From NCBI RefSeq assembly GCF_020745735.1, contig NC_083409.1, positions 20,170,341 through 20,234,340 of the forward strand: a DNA stretch of 64,000 nucleotides. The letters run 5' to 3'. Below, piece after piece: positions 1 through 10,034 of the stretch. The notes beneath the pieces are model-generated. The model was not told the DNA's origin, did not search any database, and worked only from the letters and a program-made list of their open reading frames with translations. How positions within the stretch are numbered: the first letter of the stretch is position 1; each line of letters begins with the position of its first letter. Source of the DNA: Hemiscyllium ocellatum. Its lineage: Eukaryota. A program made the position numbers and the translations under genes.

Positions 1-551
1 CAGAATTCACCTGCAGTTTGTGACAGGGAATCTGGAGTCAGTTGTACCGGTAATGCAATTAACTTAAGGTAACTACAAAGACATGAGGGAGGAGCTGGCC
101 AGAGTTGGTAAGAAGGGAAGCTGAGCATAAGAGAGAATGGAGCAGCAATGGCAGGAGTTTCTGGGGGTAATTTGGGAGGCAGAGCAGGAATTCAACCCAA
201 GGAAGAAGAAAGGTACTGAGTGGAGGCCAAGGCAACCATGGCTGATGAGGGAAGTCAGGGTCAGCATAAAAGCAAAAGAAAAAACATGCAATGTGGTGAA
301 GATTATTGGGAAGCCTTAAAAAACAGCAGAGAGTAACTAAAAAAAAGGTAAGGATGGGTGTGTAAATAAAATATAAGGGTCAGCGAGTTAGTAACATAAA
401 AGAATATTGCAAGAGGTTTTCTTTAGATATATGAAAGGCAAGAGGGAGTCAATAATAGAAATTGTACCACTGGAAAAGGCAGAAGTAGTAATGGGGAACA
501 AAGAAATGGTGGAAAAAGTGCATCGGTGCCTTAAATCAGCTTTCACAGTGG
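1..551 (+). mobile_element. CR1-type LINE relic (ORF2, region between endonuclease and RT)
   Basis: ORF 137-319 MEQQWQEFLGVIWEAEQEFNPRKKK resembles the CR1 ORF2 linker. It is colinear in inverted orientation with the CR1 relic at about 51330-51740. Confidence 0.7.
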
Positions 552-1156
552 TGTGGCAATGCTGCTCATTTCACAAGTTTGAGTTGTCCTTGGATTTTAT
601 TTTTCAAGAGGGGTTGTAAAGGCAGAGGTTCCAATTTGTCTGGGTTAGGGACTTTGCTCATGGCTAACAGATACTGCCTAAGGCAACAGTCAGGGAAATG
701 GCTTTTAGGTTTTATATTAAACACTTGTCCAATAAAAGGAGAATGGCCAGTTCTTACAGTTTGCTGTTTTTGACAAACAGTCGGTTGGAAGCTCCTGGAT
801 AAAGAAAGCTGCTGGTGAGAAAGGTACCCCAATTCAACATTTTCCAGTGGACTCACTGTCTGAAATCCCTCTCTTGTAAGAACCCCTGTATTTATATTTA
901 CCTTTTTGCCAAGGCTATTACAGCAAATTGGAACAACTCTTTATCAAGTTACATTTTTTCGTCAGTTGGGTTTTCAAATAGTTAAGTTATTCTAAATTCT
1001 GTTTTCTTTTGATTTTAAATAAATATTCTTTTCCTTCAAGCTGAGTGGTTTGGCCAGTTGTATCATTCCTGGAATATCCAGGTTACATTTGCTGAACACA
1101 ATTCGAAAAGGCTGCATTCTTAAAATGTTTTGAAGGGTTTGGCCTGGTCCATAACA
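552..1156 (-). mobile_element. possible solo LTR
   Basis: About 600-bp non-coding segment that interrupts a CR1. It is bounded by TGTGG...TAACA on plus (TGTTATGGACCAGGCC...CCACA on minus), giving TG..CA ends. No matching TSD found. Confidence 0.35.
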
Positions 1157-2945
1157 ATGTCACAGAGTCCTACAGCATGGAGACAGGCCATTTGGACCAA
1201 ACTGGTCCATGCCAACCAAAATGTCCATTTACGCTAATCCTGCACTTGGCCCATATCCTTCTGAATCCTTTCCTTTGCTGTATTTGTCCAAATGCCCTTT
1301 AAATGTTATTAATGTACCCACCTCAACCACTTCCACTGGCAGCTCATTCCATATGCGAACAATCCTATGTGTAAAAAGGTTGCCCCTCAGGTTCCCTTTT
1401 ATTCTTTCCCCTCTAACCTTAAACTGATGCGCTCTAGCTCATATTCGCAAACCTTGGGGAAAAGATCGAGTGAATTCATCCTATCCATGCCTCTCATGAT
1501 CTTATGAGGTCCTCCCTCAGTCTCCTACACTCTAAAGAAAAAAGTACTCTCCCTTTAACCCAAACGATTGAATCCTGGCAAAATCCTTGCAAATTTCTTC
1601 TGCACTCTTTCCAGTTTAATAACATCCTTCCTGGAACAAGGTGACCAAAACTGAACACAATATTCCAAGTGTGGCTTCACCAATGTCCTGTATAACTGCA
1701 ACATAACTTCCCAACATCTGTAGTCAATACTCTGACTGATGAAGGGCACTGCAGAAAAAGCTCTCTTCTCTGCTCTATTTACTGTGACTCCATTTTCAGA
1801 GAACTGCTTATCTGAATTCTAAGGACCCTCTGTTCCATTATATTCCTTAAGGTCCTATCATTCACCATGAAACTCCTACCTTGCTTTAAATTTCCAAAAT
1901 ACAAGACCTCACATTTGTCTGTATTAAACTCTATTTGTCATTTCTCGGCCCACTTCCCCAGCTGAGCAAGGTCTAGACTAGACTACTTCTAGACTAGACT
2001 ACTTACAGTGTGGAAACAGGCCCTTTGGCCCAACAAGTCCACACCGACCCGCCGAAGCGACAACCCACCTATACCCCGACATATACCCCTTACCTAACAC
2101 TACGGGCAATTTAGCATGGCCAATTCACCTGACCTGCACATCTTTGGACTGTGGGAGGAAACCGGAGCACCCGGAGGAAACCCACACAGACACGGGGAGA
2201 ATGTGCAAACTCCACACAGTCAGTCGCCTGAGGCGGGAATTGAACCCAGGTCCCTGGCGCTGTGAGGCAGCAGTGCTAACCACTGTGCCACCGTGCCGCC
2301 AAATTTCTGCTGCAATTTCTGATAACTGTCCGCACTGTCCACGATGCTGCTTATTTGAGTGTCATCAGCAAACTCACTAACCATGCCTTGTACATTCTCA
2401 TCCAAAACATTGTTATAGATAACAAACAGCAATGGGCTCAGCACTGACCACTGAGGCACTCCACTAGTCACAGGCCTCCAGTACAACAAGGATTCTTCCC
2501 CTATTACCCTGTGCTTTCTACCATCAAGCCAATCGTGTATTCAATTTGCCAGGTCACCTTGGATTCCATGCAATCTAACCTTCCATAACAGCCTACCATG
2601 TGGAACCTTATCAAAGGCCTCACTGAAATCCATATAGACCACGTCTACCATCCTGCCCTCATCAACCTTCCTGGTAAATTCATCAAATTACCTTAACAAA
2701 TTTGTGAGGCATATTCTCCCACTCACAAAGTCATGCTGACAACTCCTAATCAAATTCACTCTTTCCAAATGCATGTGTATCTTATCTTATCAAACAACTT
2801 ACCCACCATAAATGTTAAGCTTATAATTCGCAGGCTTTTGTTTTTCAGCCCTTTTTGAACAATGGCACAGTCTTCGCTATCCTCCAGTCTTCTGGCACCT
2901 CACCTGTGGCTAACCATGATGCTTAAATATCAGCCAGTACACCTG
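1157..2945 (-). mobile_element. CR1/HER1-type LINE 3' fragment (RT C-terminus and tail), split by an HE1 SINE
   Basis: ORFs 1555-1749 (LYRTLVKPHLEYCVQFWSP) and 2220-2489 (VTSGVPQWSVLSPLLFVIY..FADDTQI) are degenerate CR1 RT motifs. Confidence 0.8.
1972..2300 (-). mobile_element. HE1-type tRNA-derived SINE
   Basis: On minus: GGCGGCACGGTGGCACAGTGG (A box), GGTTCAATTCC (B box), central GTGTGGAGTTTGCAC..TTTCCTCCGGGTGCTCCGG domain, CR1-like tail ending (TAGTC)n. Confidence 0.9.
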
Positions 2946-2954
2946 ACCTTCAAG

Positions 2955-4600
2955 AGAGTTGGGAGCAGAAATGAATGGAGAGGGCATCACTAAGGTGGAG
3001 GGGTTGAGGCAGCTGAAAGGTCTGAAGGTGGATAAATCATTCAGACCCGATGGACTACACTCCAGAGTTCTGATGGAGATAGCTAAGGTAATTGTAGGGC
3101 CATTGGCTGTGATCTTTCAGAAATCACTGGAGTCAGGAGTGGTCCCAGAAGACTGGAAAATAGTGAATGTAACATCCCTGTTTAAGAAAGGAGGGAGGCA
3201 GAGATGGGACATTATAAGCTGGTTAGCCTGACCTCGGTCATTGGTAAGATTTTAGAGGTCTACTTAAGGGTGAGATTGCAGGTATTTGGAATCTCACCCT
3301 TAAAGCCTGGTAAAATTGCAGCCTGGTAAAATTGGGCTGAGTTAGCACAGCTTCATCAAAGGGAGGCATGCCTGATAAATCTGTTAGAAATCTTTGAGGA
3401 GGTAACAAGTGAATTAGACAAAGGAGAGCCAGTGGATGTGATCCATTTGGATTTCCACCAGGCCTTTGACAGGGTACAATAAAGGAGACTGTGAAGTCAA
3501 ATCAGAGCCCATGCTGTCAGGGGCAAGGCACTGCGAAGTGTAGAGGATTGGCTGGCCAGCACAAAGGCGAGAGTAGGGACAAAGGGATTTTTTTCTGGAT
3601 GGCTGGTGGTGCTTTGTGGCGATCCGCAGGGATCTGTGTTGGGACCACAACTATTCACATTATCCATTAACAATCTGGATAAGGAACTGGAGATATTGTT
3701 CATATGTTTGTAGATGACACAAAAATTGGTGAAAGGACAGGTGGAGTTGAGGAAATGGGGGAGATTGCAGAAGGACTTGGTCAGGCTGGGAGAATGTGCA
3801 AAGAAGTGGCAGGTGGAGTACAATGCGGGGACTTGTGAGGCTAGATACTTTGGTGGGAAGAATAGAGGCACAGATTGTTTTCTAAGTGAGGAAAGATTTC
3901 AGAAATCTGAAGCACAAAGAGAATTGGGAGTCGTTGCTCAAGTTTCTCTGAAGGTTAACGTGCAGGTTCACCATTGGCTGTTTGAAAGGCAATTACAATG
4001 TTAGCATTAACTTTAACGTCAGAGATGTACTGCTGAGTTTGTATAAGTCTCTGATCAGACCGCATTTGGAATTTTGGTCTCCTTATTAAGGAAGGATGTG
4101 CTGTCATTGGAGAGGGTCCAGAGGAAAAAGTGAGAAAGAATAAGAATAATCCTGGGAATGAAGGGGGTGTCATATAAAGAGTGGTTGAGGATTCTGGATC
4201 TGTATGCAGTTGTGTTTAGAAAGATGATGGGGGAATCTTATTGAAACTACAGAATATTGAGAGGCCTGGAGAACATGGAGAAGGTGTTTCCACGAATAGA
4301 AGAAACTTGGGCCCGAAGGCAAAGCCTCAGAGTGAAGAATGATCCGGCAGAACTGAGATAAGGAGACATTTCTTCAGCCACAGTGTGGTGAATCTGCGGA
4401 ATTCATTGTCACAGAGGTCTATGGATGCCAAGATGTTGAGAGCATTTAAAACAGAGACAAATAGGTTCTTGATCAGTAAGGAGATCAAATGTTAAAAGGA
4501 GAATGGGGTTGAGAAACACACCACACAAGATCAAATGGCAGAGCAGACTCTCTTCTGACTGGCCCAATTCTGCTCCTATATCTTAAGTATTTTGGGTTTA
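2955..4600 (+). mobile_element. CR1-type LINE relic (RT to 3' end)
   Basis: ORF 2959-3231 (LKVDKSFRPDGLHSRVL..VPEDWKIVNVTSLFKKG) and downstream CR1 RT/tail sequence with many stops. Confidence 0.8.
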
Positions 4601-4634
4601 TTTAGATGTTCCTTGAATCCCTGGAAAACTGGAA

Positions 4635-4975
4635 GTACGGTCACTTAGTGGTTTGCCCTGCTGCCTCACAGCGCTATGGACCCAGGTTTGATTCTAGCCT
4701 CGGGCGTCTGTCTGTGTGGAGTTTGCATGTTCTCCCTGTGCCTGCGTGGGTTTCCTCCGGGTGCTCTGGTTTCCTCCCACAGTCCAAAGCTGTGCAGGTT
4801 CGGTGAATTGGCCATGCTAAATTGCCCATAGTGCAGGTTAGGTACATTAGTCAGGAGTAAATGTAGATTAAAAAGGTAGAGGAGTGGGTCTGGGTGGGTT
4901 ACTGTTCGGAGGGTCAGCGTGGACTTGTTGGACCAAATGGCCTGTTTCCATACTGTAGGAATTCTGTGATTCTAT
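4635..4975 (+). mobile_element. HE1-type SINE (diverged)
   Basis: Same central domain and tail as the other HE1 copies; degenerate head. Confidence 0.85.
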
Positions 4976-5084
4976 GGACATTGAAAGTACTGGATTGTGG
5001 GCCCTGCTGTTGCTGTTTCTTAAAAGAACTTTGACAAAAGATAATCAGGGAGTGGTGAGAGTGAGCATCAGGTTGCATGAGGGA

Positions 5085-5975
5085 ACTGCTTGTCCTGCTT
5101 CCTGGAATACCATGAGTACAGGAAGTGTGGTCAGTGACAGCAGATGGAGCTCCGGGTTTCAGAGCTTGAGCAGCAGCTGGTGTCAGTGTGGAGCGTCCGT
5201 GAGGCTGAGAGCTCTGTAGAGAGCACGTTTCTAGATGTGGTCACTCTGCAGTTTCAGTGTATGCAGGGAGAGAGGGAATGGGGGAGCAGCAGACAGTCCA
5301 AAAGGACCAGGCAGCTAGTACAGGAATCCCCTGAATGCATCCCACTCTCCAACCAGGATTCAGTTCAGAATCCTGATGAGAATGATGGTTCATCTGGGGA
5401 GTGCAGCCAGAGCCAAGCACCCGGCACCATGGGGGGGCTCAGCTGTACAGGGGGGCACAAGGAAGGCTGGAAGAGCGATAGTGAGAGGAGATTCGAGAGT
5501 GAGGGCATCGATAGGTGTTTCTGCAGCTGCAGGTGGGAATCCAGGATGGTGTGTTATCTCCCTGGTGCCAGGGTGAAGGATGTCACTGAGCTGCTGCAGA
5601 GCACCCTGAGGGGAGAGGGGAAACAGGCAGCAGTGGTGGTCCACATCGGTCCCAGTGACAGAGGGAGAAAAGGGATGTGGTCCTGCAGTCAGAATTTAGG
5701 GAGTTCCAGAGGGAATTAGCAGCAATAGCTCAAAAGTAGGAATTTCCAAGATTACCCCCAGTGCCCCACACAACTGAGAATAGAAAGAGGAGGATAGCAC
5801 AGGTGACTGTGGAACTGAAAAGACAGTCCAGGAGGAAGGGCTTTCGATTATTTTAACTTTGGGACTGGCTTTGGGGGGAGATGGACATGTACAGACCAGA
5901 TGGGTTGCTCCTGAACAGTCCTGGGACTGAGCTCCTTTGGGGTGATTTACTCGTGCTGTTGGAGAGGGATTAAAC
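5085..5975 (+). mobile_element. CR1 ORF1 relic (coiled-coil plus esterase-like region); paralogous to 48430-49375
   Basis: ORF 5144-5719 ELRVSELEQQL...IPLSN...RMVCYLPGARVKDV...VVVHIG matches the CR1 ORF1 esterase-type layout. Confidence 0.75.
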
Positions 5976-6274
5976 TATCTTGGCCTATGGGATCCAGGAG
6001 GTAATACCAGAGAGGAACACAGAGGTGCATAGAATCCTGGGAGAGATAGATAGCACCAGAATAAGGAACAGAACTTCTTACCCAGTTTCAGAGTGAGGGA
6101 GAGAGAGTAATAAATTCAGGGTCACTGTGTAAGGATGGGACTGCACAGAGTGTTGGGAATAAGACTGGGAAGGTACAGCCACAGAGTGTTAAGTGGAAAT
6201 CTGATGTGTGTCTCTCACATAGAAACATAAGATAATAAGAACATTAGAAACAGGAGCAGGAGTGGGCTATCTGA

Positions 6275-6735
6275 CCATCGAGGATGAGGAACGTTAGTTA
6301 TGAAGGTAGACTGAAGACGTTGGGACTGTTTTCCTCAGAGAAGAGAAGGCAGAGAGGAGATTTGATCGAGAAATTCAAAATCAGGAGGGGTCTGAACAGA
6401 GTAAACTAGAAGAAAATGTTCCCACCTGAGAAAGAATTGAGAGGGAGAGGCCATGGATTGAAAATAATTGGTAAAAGAAGCAAAAGTGAGATGAGGGAAA
6501 AACATTTTCAGCCAGTGGGTGGTTCAGGTGTGGGATGCACTGCCTGAGAGTGGGGTGGAGGCAGCTTCAATTGAAACATCCCAAAGGGAATGAGACTGTT
6601 ATTTGAAAAGGAACAATGTGCAGGGTGAGAGGGAGAAGGCAGGAGAATGACACTCAGTGAATTGCTCATTCAGAGAGCCAGTACAAACAGGATGAGTTGA
6701 ATGGCCTCCTTGTGCACTGAAACGATTCTGTGATT
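6275..6735 (+). mobile_element. old CR1 3' fragment shared with 44660-45330 (inverted)
   Basis: Degenerate CR1 tail sequence. Its reverse complement aligns to 44660-45059 plus 45262-45330. Confidence 0.6.
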
Positions 6736-6790
6736 GTGTGATTGAGCAGAGTTAAAGCTGGGGGAGGTGGGAGCTCGGTGTCTCACTGTG

Positions 6791-6814
6791 CTGCTGCTGC
6801 TGCTGCTGCTGCTG
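6791..6814. repeat. (CTG)8 microsatellite in the J1 downstream intron block
   Basis: Eight perfect CTG units; paralogue is (CAG)7 at 44586-44606. Confidence 0.95.
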
Positions 6815-7183
6815 AGGTCAGTGAGATCAGGGACTGGGACAGGGAGCCAGAGCTCACATCAAACTCTGCCCGTGTCCGTCACACTGAGACTGGCAGGAGG
6901 CTACTCACTGATTTCACTCCATGCTGCAGGAATGGGACCACAGGCTGCAAATGGACAGAGCTCCTCCACACAGTGAGTAAAACTTACTGACTTATATCTT
7001 GCTGCTTAAGCAGGGCAATAGGACGACAGAAATACAGCTGGACACCCTGTTAGACACAGTGCTCCTCAATCAACCATTTCATTCACTGCAGCTCCCCATT
7101 AACACCTGCATCAATTCAGCATTTGTGATTTAGAAAGTTTCAGTATTGAAAGGGTTAATAACGGAGGATTGAGGTTTACTTAC

Positions 7184-7218
7184 TCAGTCTGAGCTTGGTT
7201 CCTTTACCGAACGTAAGC
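7184..7218 (-). CDS. IGKJ: Ig kappa-type light-chain J segment (unit 1), LTFGKGTKLRL
   Basis: Minus strand GCTTACGTTCGGTAAAGGAACCAAGCTCAGACTGA followed by donor GTAAGT; FGxG motif; identical to J2. Confidence 0.97.
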
Positions 7219-7257
7219 CACAGTGAGAGCTCCCAGTGCAGAGGCTGTACAAAAACC
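7219..7257 (+). other. 23-bp-spacer RSS of J1
   Basis: CACAGTG (7219-7225) + 23 nt + ACAAAAACC (7249-7257): perfect consensus. Confidence 0.98.
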
Positions 7258-7664
7258 TCAACTCTCTTCATCCCTCTGTCACTCTCACCCTCTCCCTATT
7301 TCCCAGTCTGTCGATCACTCTCACCCTCTTTTTGCCCCTATCAGTCTCTCCCTCATTCATGTGTCTTTCTGTCTCTGCCTCTGGGTTGTGAACTTTATTT
7401 TTTGTTGTTAAATCTTGCAGCTGTTCTTCACATGTGGCCATGGAGTGTAAGGGGGAAACCTGAGGCCTTCAGTGAGCGGTGGACACCACAGAGACTGGAG
7501 TGTGTCGTGGACAGTGACAATCCCAGCATGGGGTAATTTGTTCAGTTTCATTTAGATCTAACTGTGGGATATGACAGTTCAGGCAGTGGGACTGTGTGTC
7601 CATTATTATGCATTTTATATAACCGTGGATGTGTCAGTACAGGAGGTGATTCTGTGTGCTTTGA

Positions 7665-7692
7665 AGTTTTTGTACGGCTCTGTATCACTGTG
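7665..7692 (-). other. 12-bp-spacer RSS of V1
   Basis: Minus strand CACAGTG (7692-7686) + 12 nt + ACAAAAACT (7673-7665). Confidence 0.97.
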
Positions 7693-7989
7693 AAGGCCAG
7701 CTGTAATCCTGCAAACAGTAATAGTCAGCGACATCCTCATTCTGAACGTTGCTGATTGTCAGGGTGAAACTGGTCCCTGATCCACTGCCAGTGAATCGAT
7801 CGGAGACTCCTGTGAATCGAGTTGTTGCATCATAGATCAGGAGAGAGGGTTTCTGACCTTCTCGCTGCTGGTACCAGGAAAGCTCATTGCTAACAGATTG
7901 ACTGGCCGTACAGGTGAGTGTTGCGGTCTGGCCCAGTCCCACTGACAGCACCGGGGGAGACTGAGTCATGATGATGTCCCCACTGATAA
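7693..7989 (-). CDS. IGKV: Ig kappa-type (NS4-like) V exon, unit 1, unrearranged
   Basis: Acceptor CCCTCAG, then (V)[26 protein letters not shown]...[15 protein letters not shown]...[15 protein letters not shown]. Both Cys and the Trp are present, no stops, and it abuts a 12-RSS. Confidence 0.97.
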
Positions 7990-8175
7990 CTGAGGGGTCA
8001 GAGAGAAACGCAGTGAAATCAGAACTGTCACAGAAAGAGCCGGTCAAATGAGAAATTGTTGGAGGCACTGAGCATTCTTCTGGTTTCAGCATTTTCCCTT
8101 CAATCACAAGTCAGTGGAATTGGAGTGAAATGGAGAGCAGCTAAAGATTCAAGGTGGAAGGAGAGAGATTTGTAC

Positions 8176-8224
8176 CTGCGACACAGAATGCCAGGGGCCA
8201 GATCAGCTGGATGTGTGAAATCAT
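8176..8224 (-). CDS. IGKV: leader exon of V1 (MISHIQLIWPLAFCVA)
   Basis: ATG at 8224, 49 nt, phase-1 donor GTACAA, 186-nt intron to the V exon; identical to the unit 2 leader. Confidence 0.95.
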
Positions 8225-8284
8225 GATGTGTGCTCCTGTCCCTGTGCCTGGTTCCTGATAAACTCTCCCTTCACTGGGCTCTGC

Positions 8285-8375
8285 TTTATAAAGCTACAGC
8301 CTGTGAGAGTCTGACTGGGTGTATGTAAATAGCATCGGGCAGAGAGAGCCACGTCAGCCCCTCACACTTCCTCTT
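8285..8375 (-). promoter_or_regulatory. V1 promoter: TATA, octamer variant, PU box
   Basis: TTTATAAA 8285-8292. On minus: ATTTACAT (7/8 to the ATTTGCAT octamer) 8323-8330, TGACGTGG 8349-8356, AAGAGGAAGTG 8365-8375. Confidence 0.75.
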
Positions 8376-8409
8376 CTCTCTCTCTATCTCACTCTCTTTG
8401 TCTCAGAGT

Positions 8410-9360
8410 GATTGATGTGAACAGCACTGAATGAGGCCATTTGGCCCATTGTGTCTGTGCTGGTAAACAAAGATGTGATGACACTAATCCCATCCTCCAG
8501 CTCTTGACCCATGATCCTGGAGGCAACAGCAACACAAGGGAATATCTAAACACTGCTCCAATGTCATGAGAGTTTGTGACTCAACCAGCCTTTCAGGCAG
8601 TGAGTTCCAGACTCCCACCACCCTCTGGGTGAAAACATTTCTCCTCAATTCTTCTCTCACTCTGCAACTCAACTGGGCCTGGATTCACTCAAGTTTATAA
8701 GGATGAGACAGAATCTGATTGAAACATATAAAATTCTAACAGGCCCGGGCAGGGAGGAGGTTCCCCTGGTTGGGGAGTCTGGAACCAGGGGACACAGTCT
8801 CAGGGGGATACGGGGTAGAACATTTAGGACTGAGATGAGGAAACATTTCTTCACTCAGAGGATGGTCAACCTGATGAATTCTCTACCACAAACGGCTGTG
8901 GGGGACAAGGAATTGAATATATTCAAGAAAAAAAGAGAGATAGTTGTTTTGCATTTTAACAGCATGAAGGAAATGGGGAGAAAGCAGAAACACAGCATTG
9001 AGAGAGAGGATCAGCCATGATCGTACTGAATGACACACAAGATTCAAAGGGCTGAATGGCCTACTCCTGCTCCAAGTTTCTATGAGAACATGTCTGTGTT
9101 ACCTTCAATCTCTGTCCCTGGTTATTGAGTCCTTTACTCTTGTATAAAGTGCCTTCCTATGCAACGTATCACTGCCAACAATTATCTTATACCTCTCTAT
9201 CAGGTCCCTCTCAACCTTCAATGCTCCAAGGAAAACAGCCCCAATCTTTCCAATCTTTCCTCATAGCTGACCCTCCATCCCAGGCAGCATCCTGGGAAAT
9301 CTCCTCTGCCCCCTCTTAAGTATAATCACATCCTTCCCAGAATGTTGTGACCAGGACCTT
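8410..9360. mobile_element. cluster of short CR1 3' fragments upstream of V1, shared with about 41960-42935
   Basis: FTQRVVGVWNSLP / FFTQRMVNLMNSLP motifs in opposite orientations. The same nested set occurs inverted upstream of V2. Confidence 0.75.
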
Positions 9361-9695
9361 TCTCTCCCTCTCTCTCTTTTCCCCTTTCTGTCTCACATCT
9401 GCTACTTTGATCTCTCTACATCTATCTCTCTCTCCCACTGTTAATCTATCTCATATTCTCTCTCTCTCACTCTGTCTCATAGCCACTCTCTCCAACTCAC
9501 TCACGCTTCCTCACTCCGTCTCATAATCTTTCTCCATCTCTCACTGTCTCTGTCACTCGCTCCATCTCTCACTTCAATTGAAAACCTCCAAATGTTATCT
9601 ACCCCTCTCTATTTCTCCCTCTGTCTCTCCCTCCTTCTCCACATCCCACTCGACCTCTACTTCTCTTTCTCTGTCTCACTTCTCTCTCTTTCTCA
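9360..9695. repeat. degenerate (CT)n pyrimidine tract
   Basis: Low-complexity CT-rich run; paralogous GA-rich run at 41375-41950. Confidence 0.85.
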
Positions 9696-10034
9696 CAGTG
9701 TCCCAGGTGGAGACAGTTGAATTCAGGATAAATCTCTCTCTGCTCTGCCCCACTAATGGATGTTAACCCTTGACCCCAGAAGCATGTCTTCTCCTGGAGT
9801 AAAGGCCCATTTCCACATCGACCAGGTTTTGGTATCTCTTAGAAAGATGGACAGATTCTTGGTAAATGAAGGGCAGTTTTGTGCTGTTGGCCTATTCTCA
9901 CTGGGGATTGGTTTGGACACAAACCTCATTCCATGAAGGCCCAGCAGAGAGAGGAGATCCTCAGGCCGTCAGTGTGAGCTGGAGGGACAGGACAGGCTCT
10001 GACCCACTGACACATCCTATCCTTGCACAACATG

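Noticed and set aside
6742-6990. Signal-peptide-like ORF MGARCLTVLLLLLLLLRSVRS and poly-Ala ORF, open in both arms (also 44410-44655)
   Set aside because: They start at GTG/TTG-type codons, the hydrophobic run is just the CTG repeat, and the two copies differ by compensating frameshifts (SSHQTLPV versus SHIKLCPM). No suitable exon structure.
1-7183. C exon for unit 1 inside the window
   Set aside because: No reverse-complement match to the C exon or an Ig C1 motif was found; the region is TE relics.
7990-8107. N-terminal extensions MIEGKML.. of the V ORFs in the ORF track (also 43260-43377)
   Set aside because: This is leader-V intron sequence. The true N-terminus is the spliced 49-nt leader exon.
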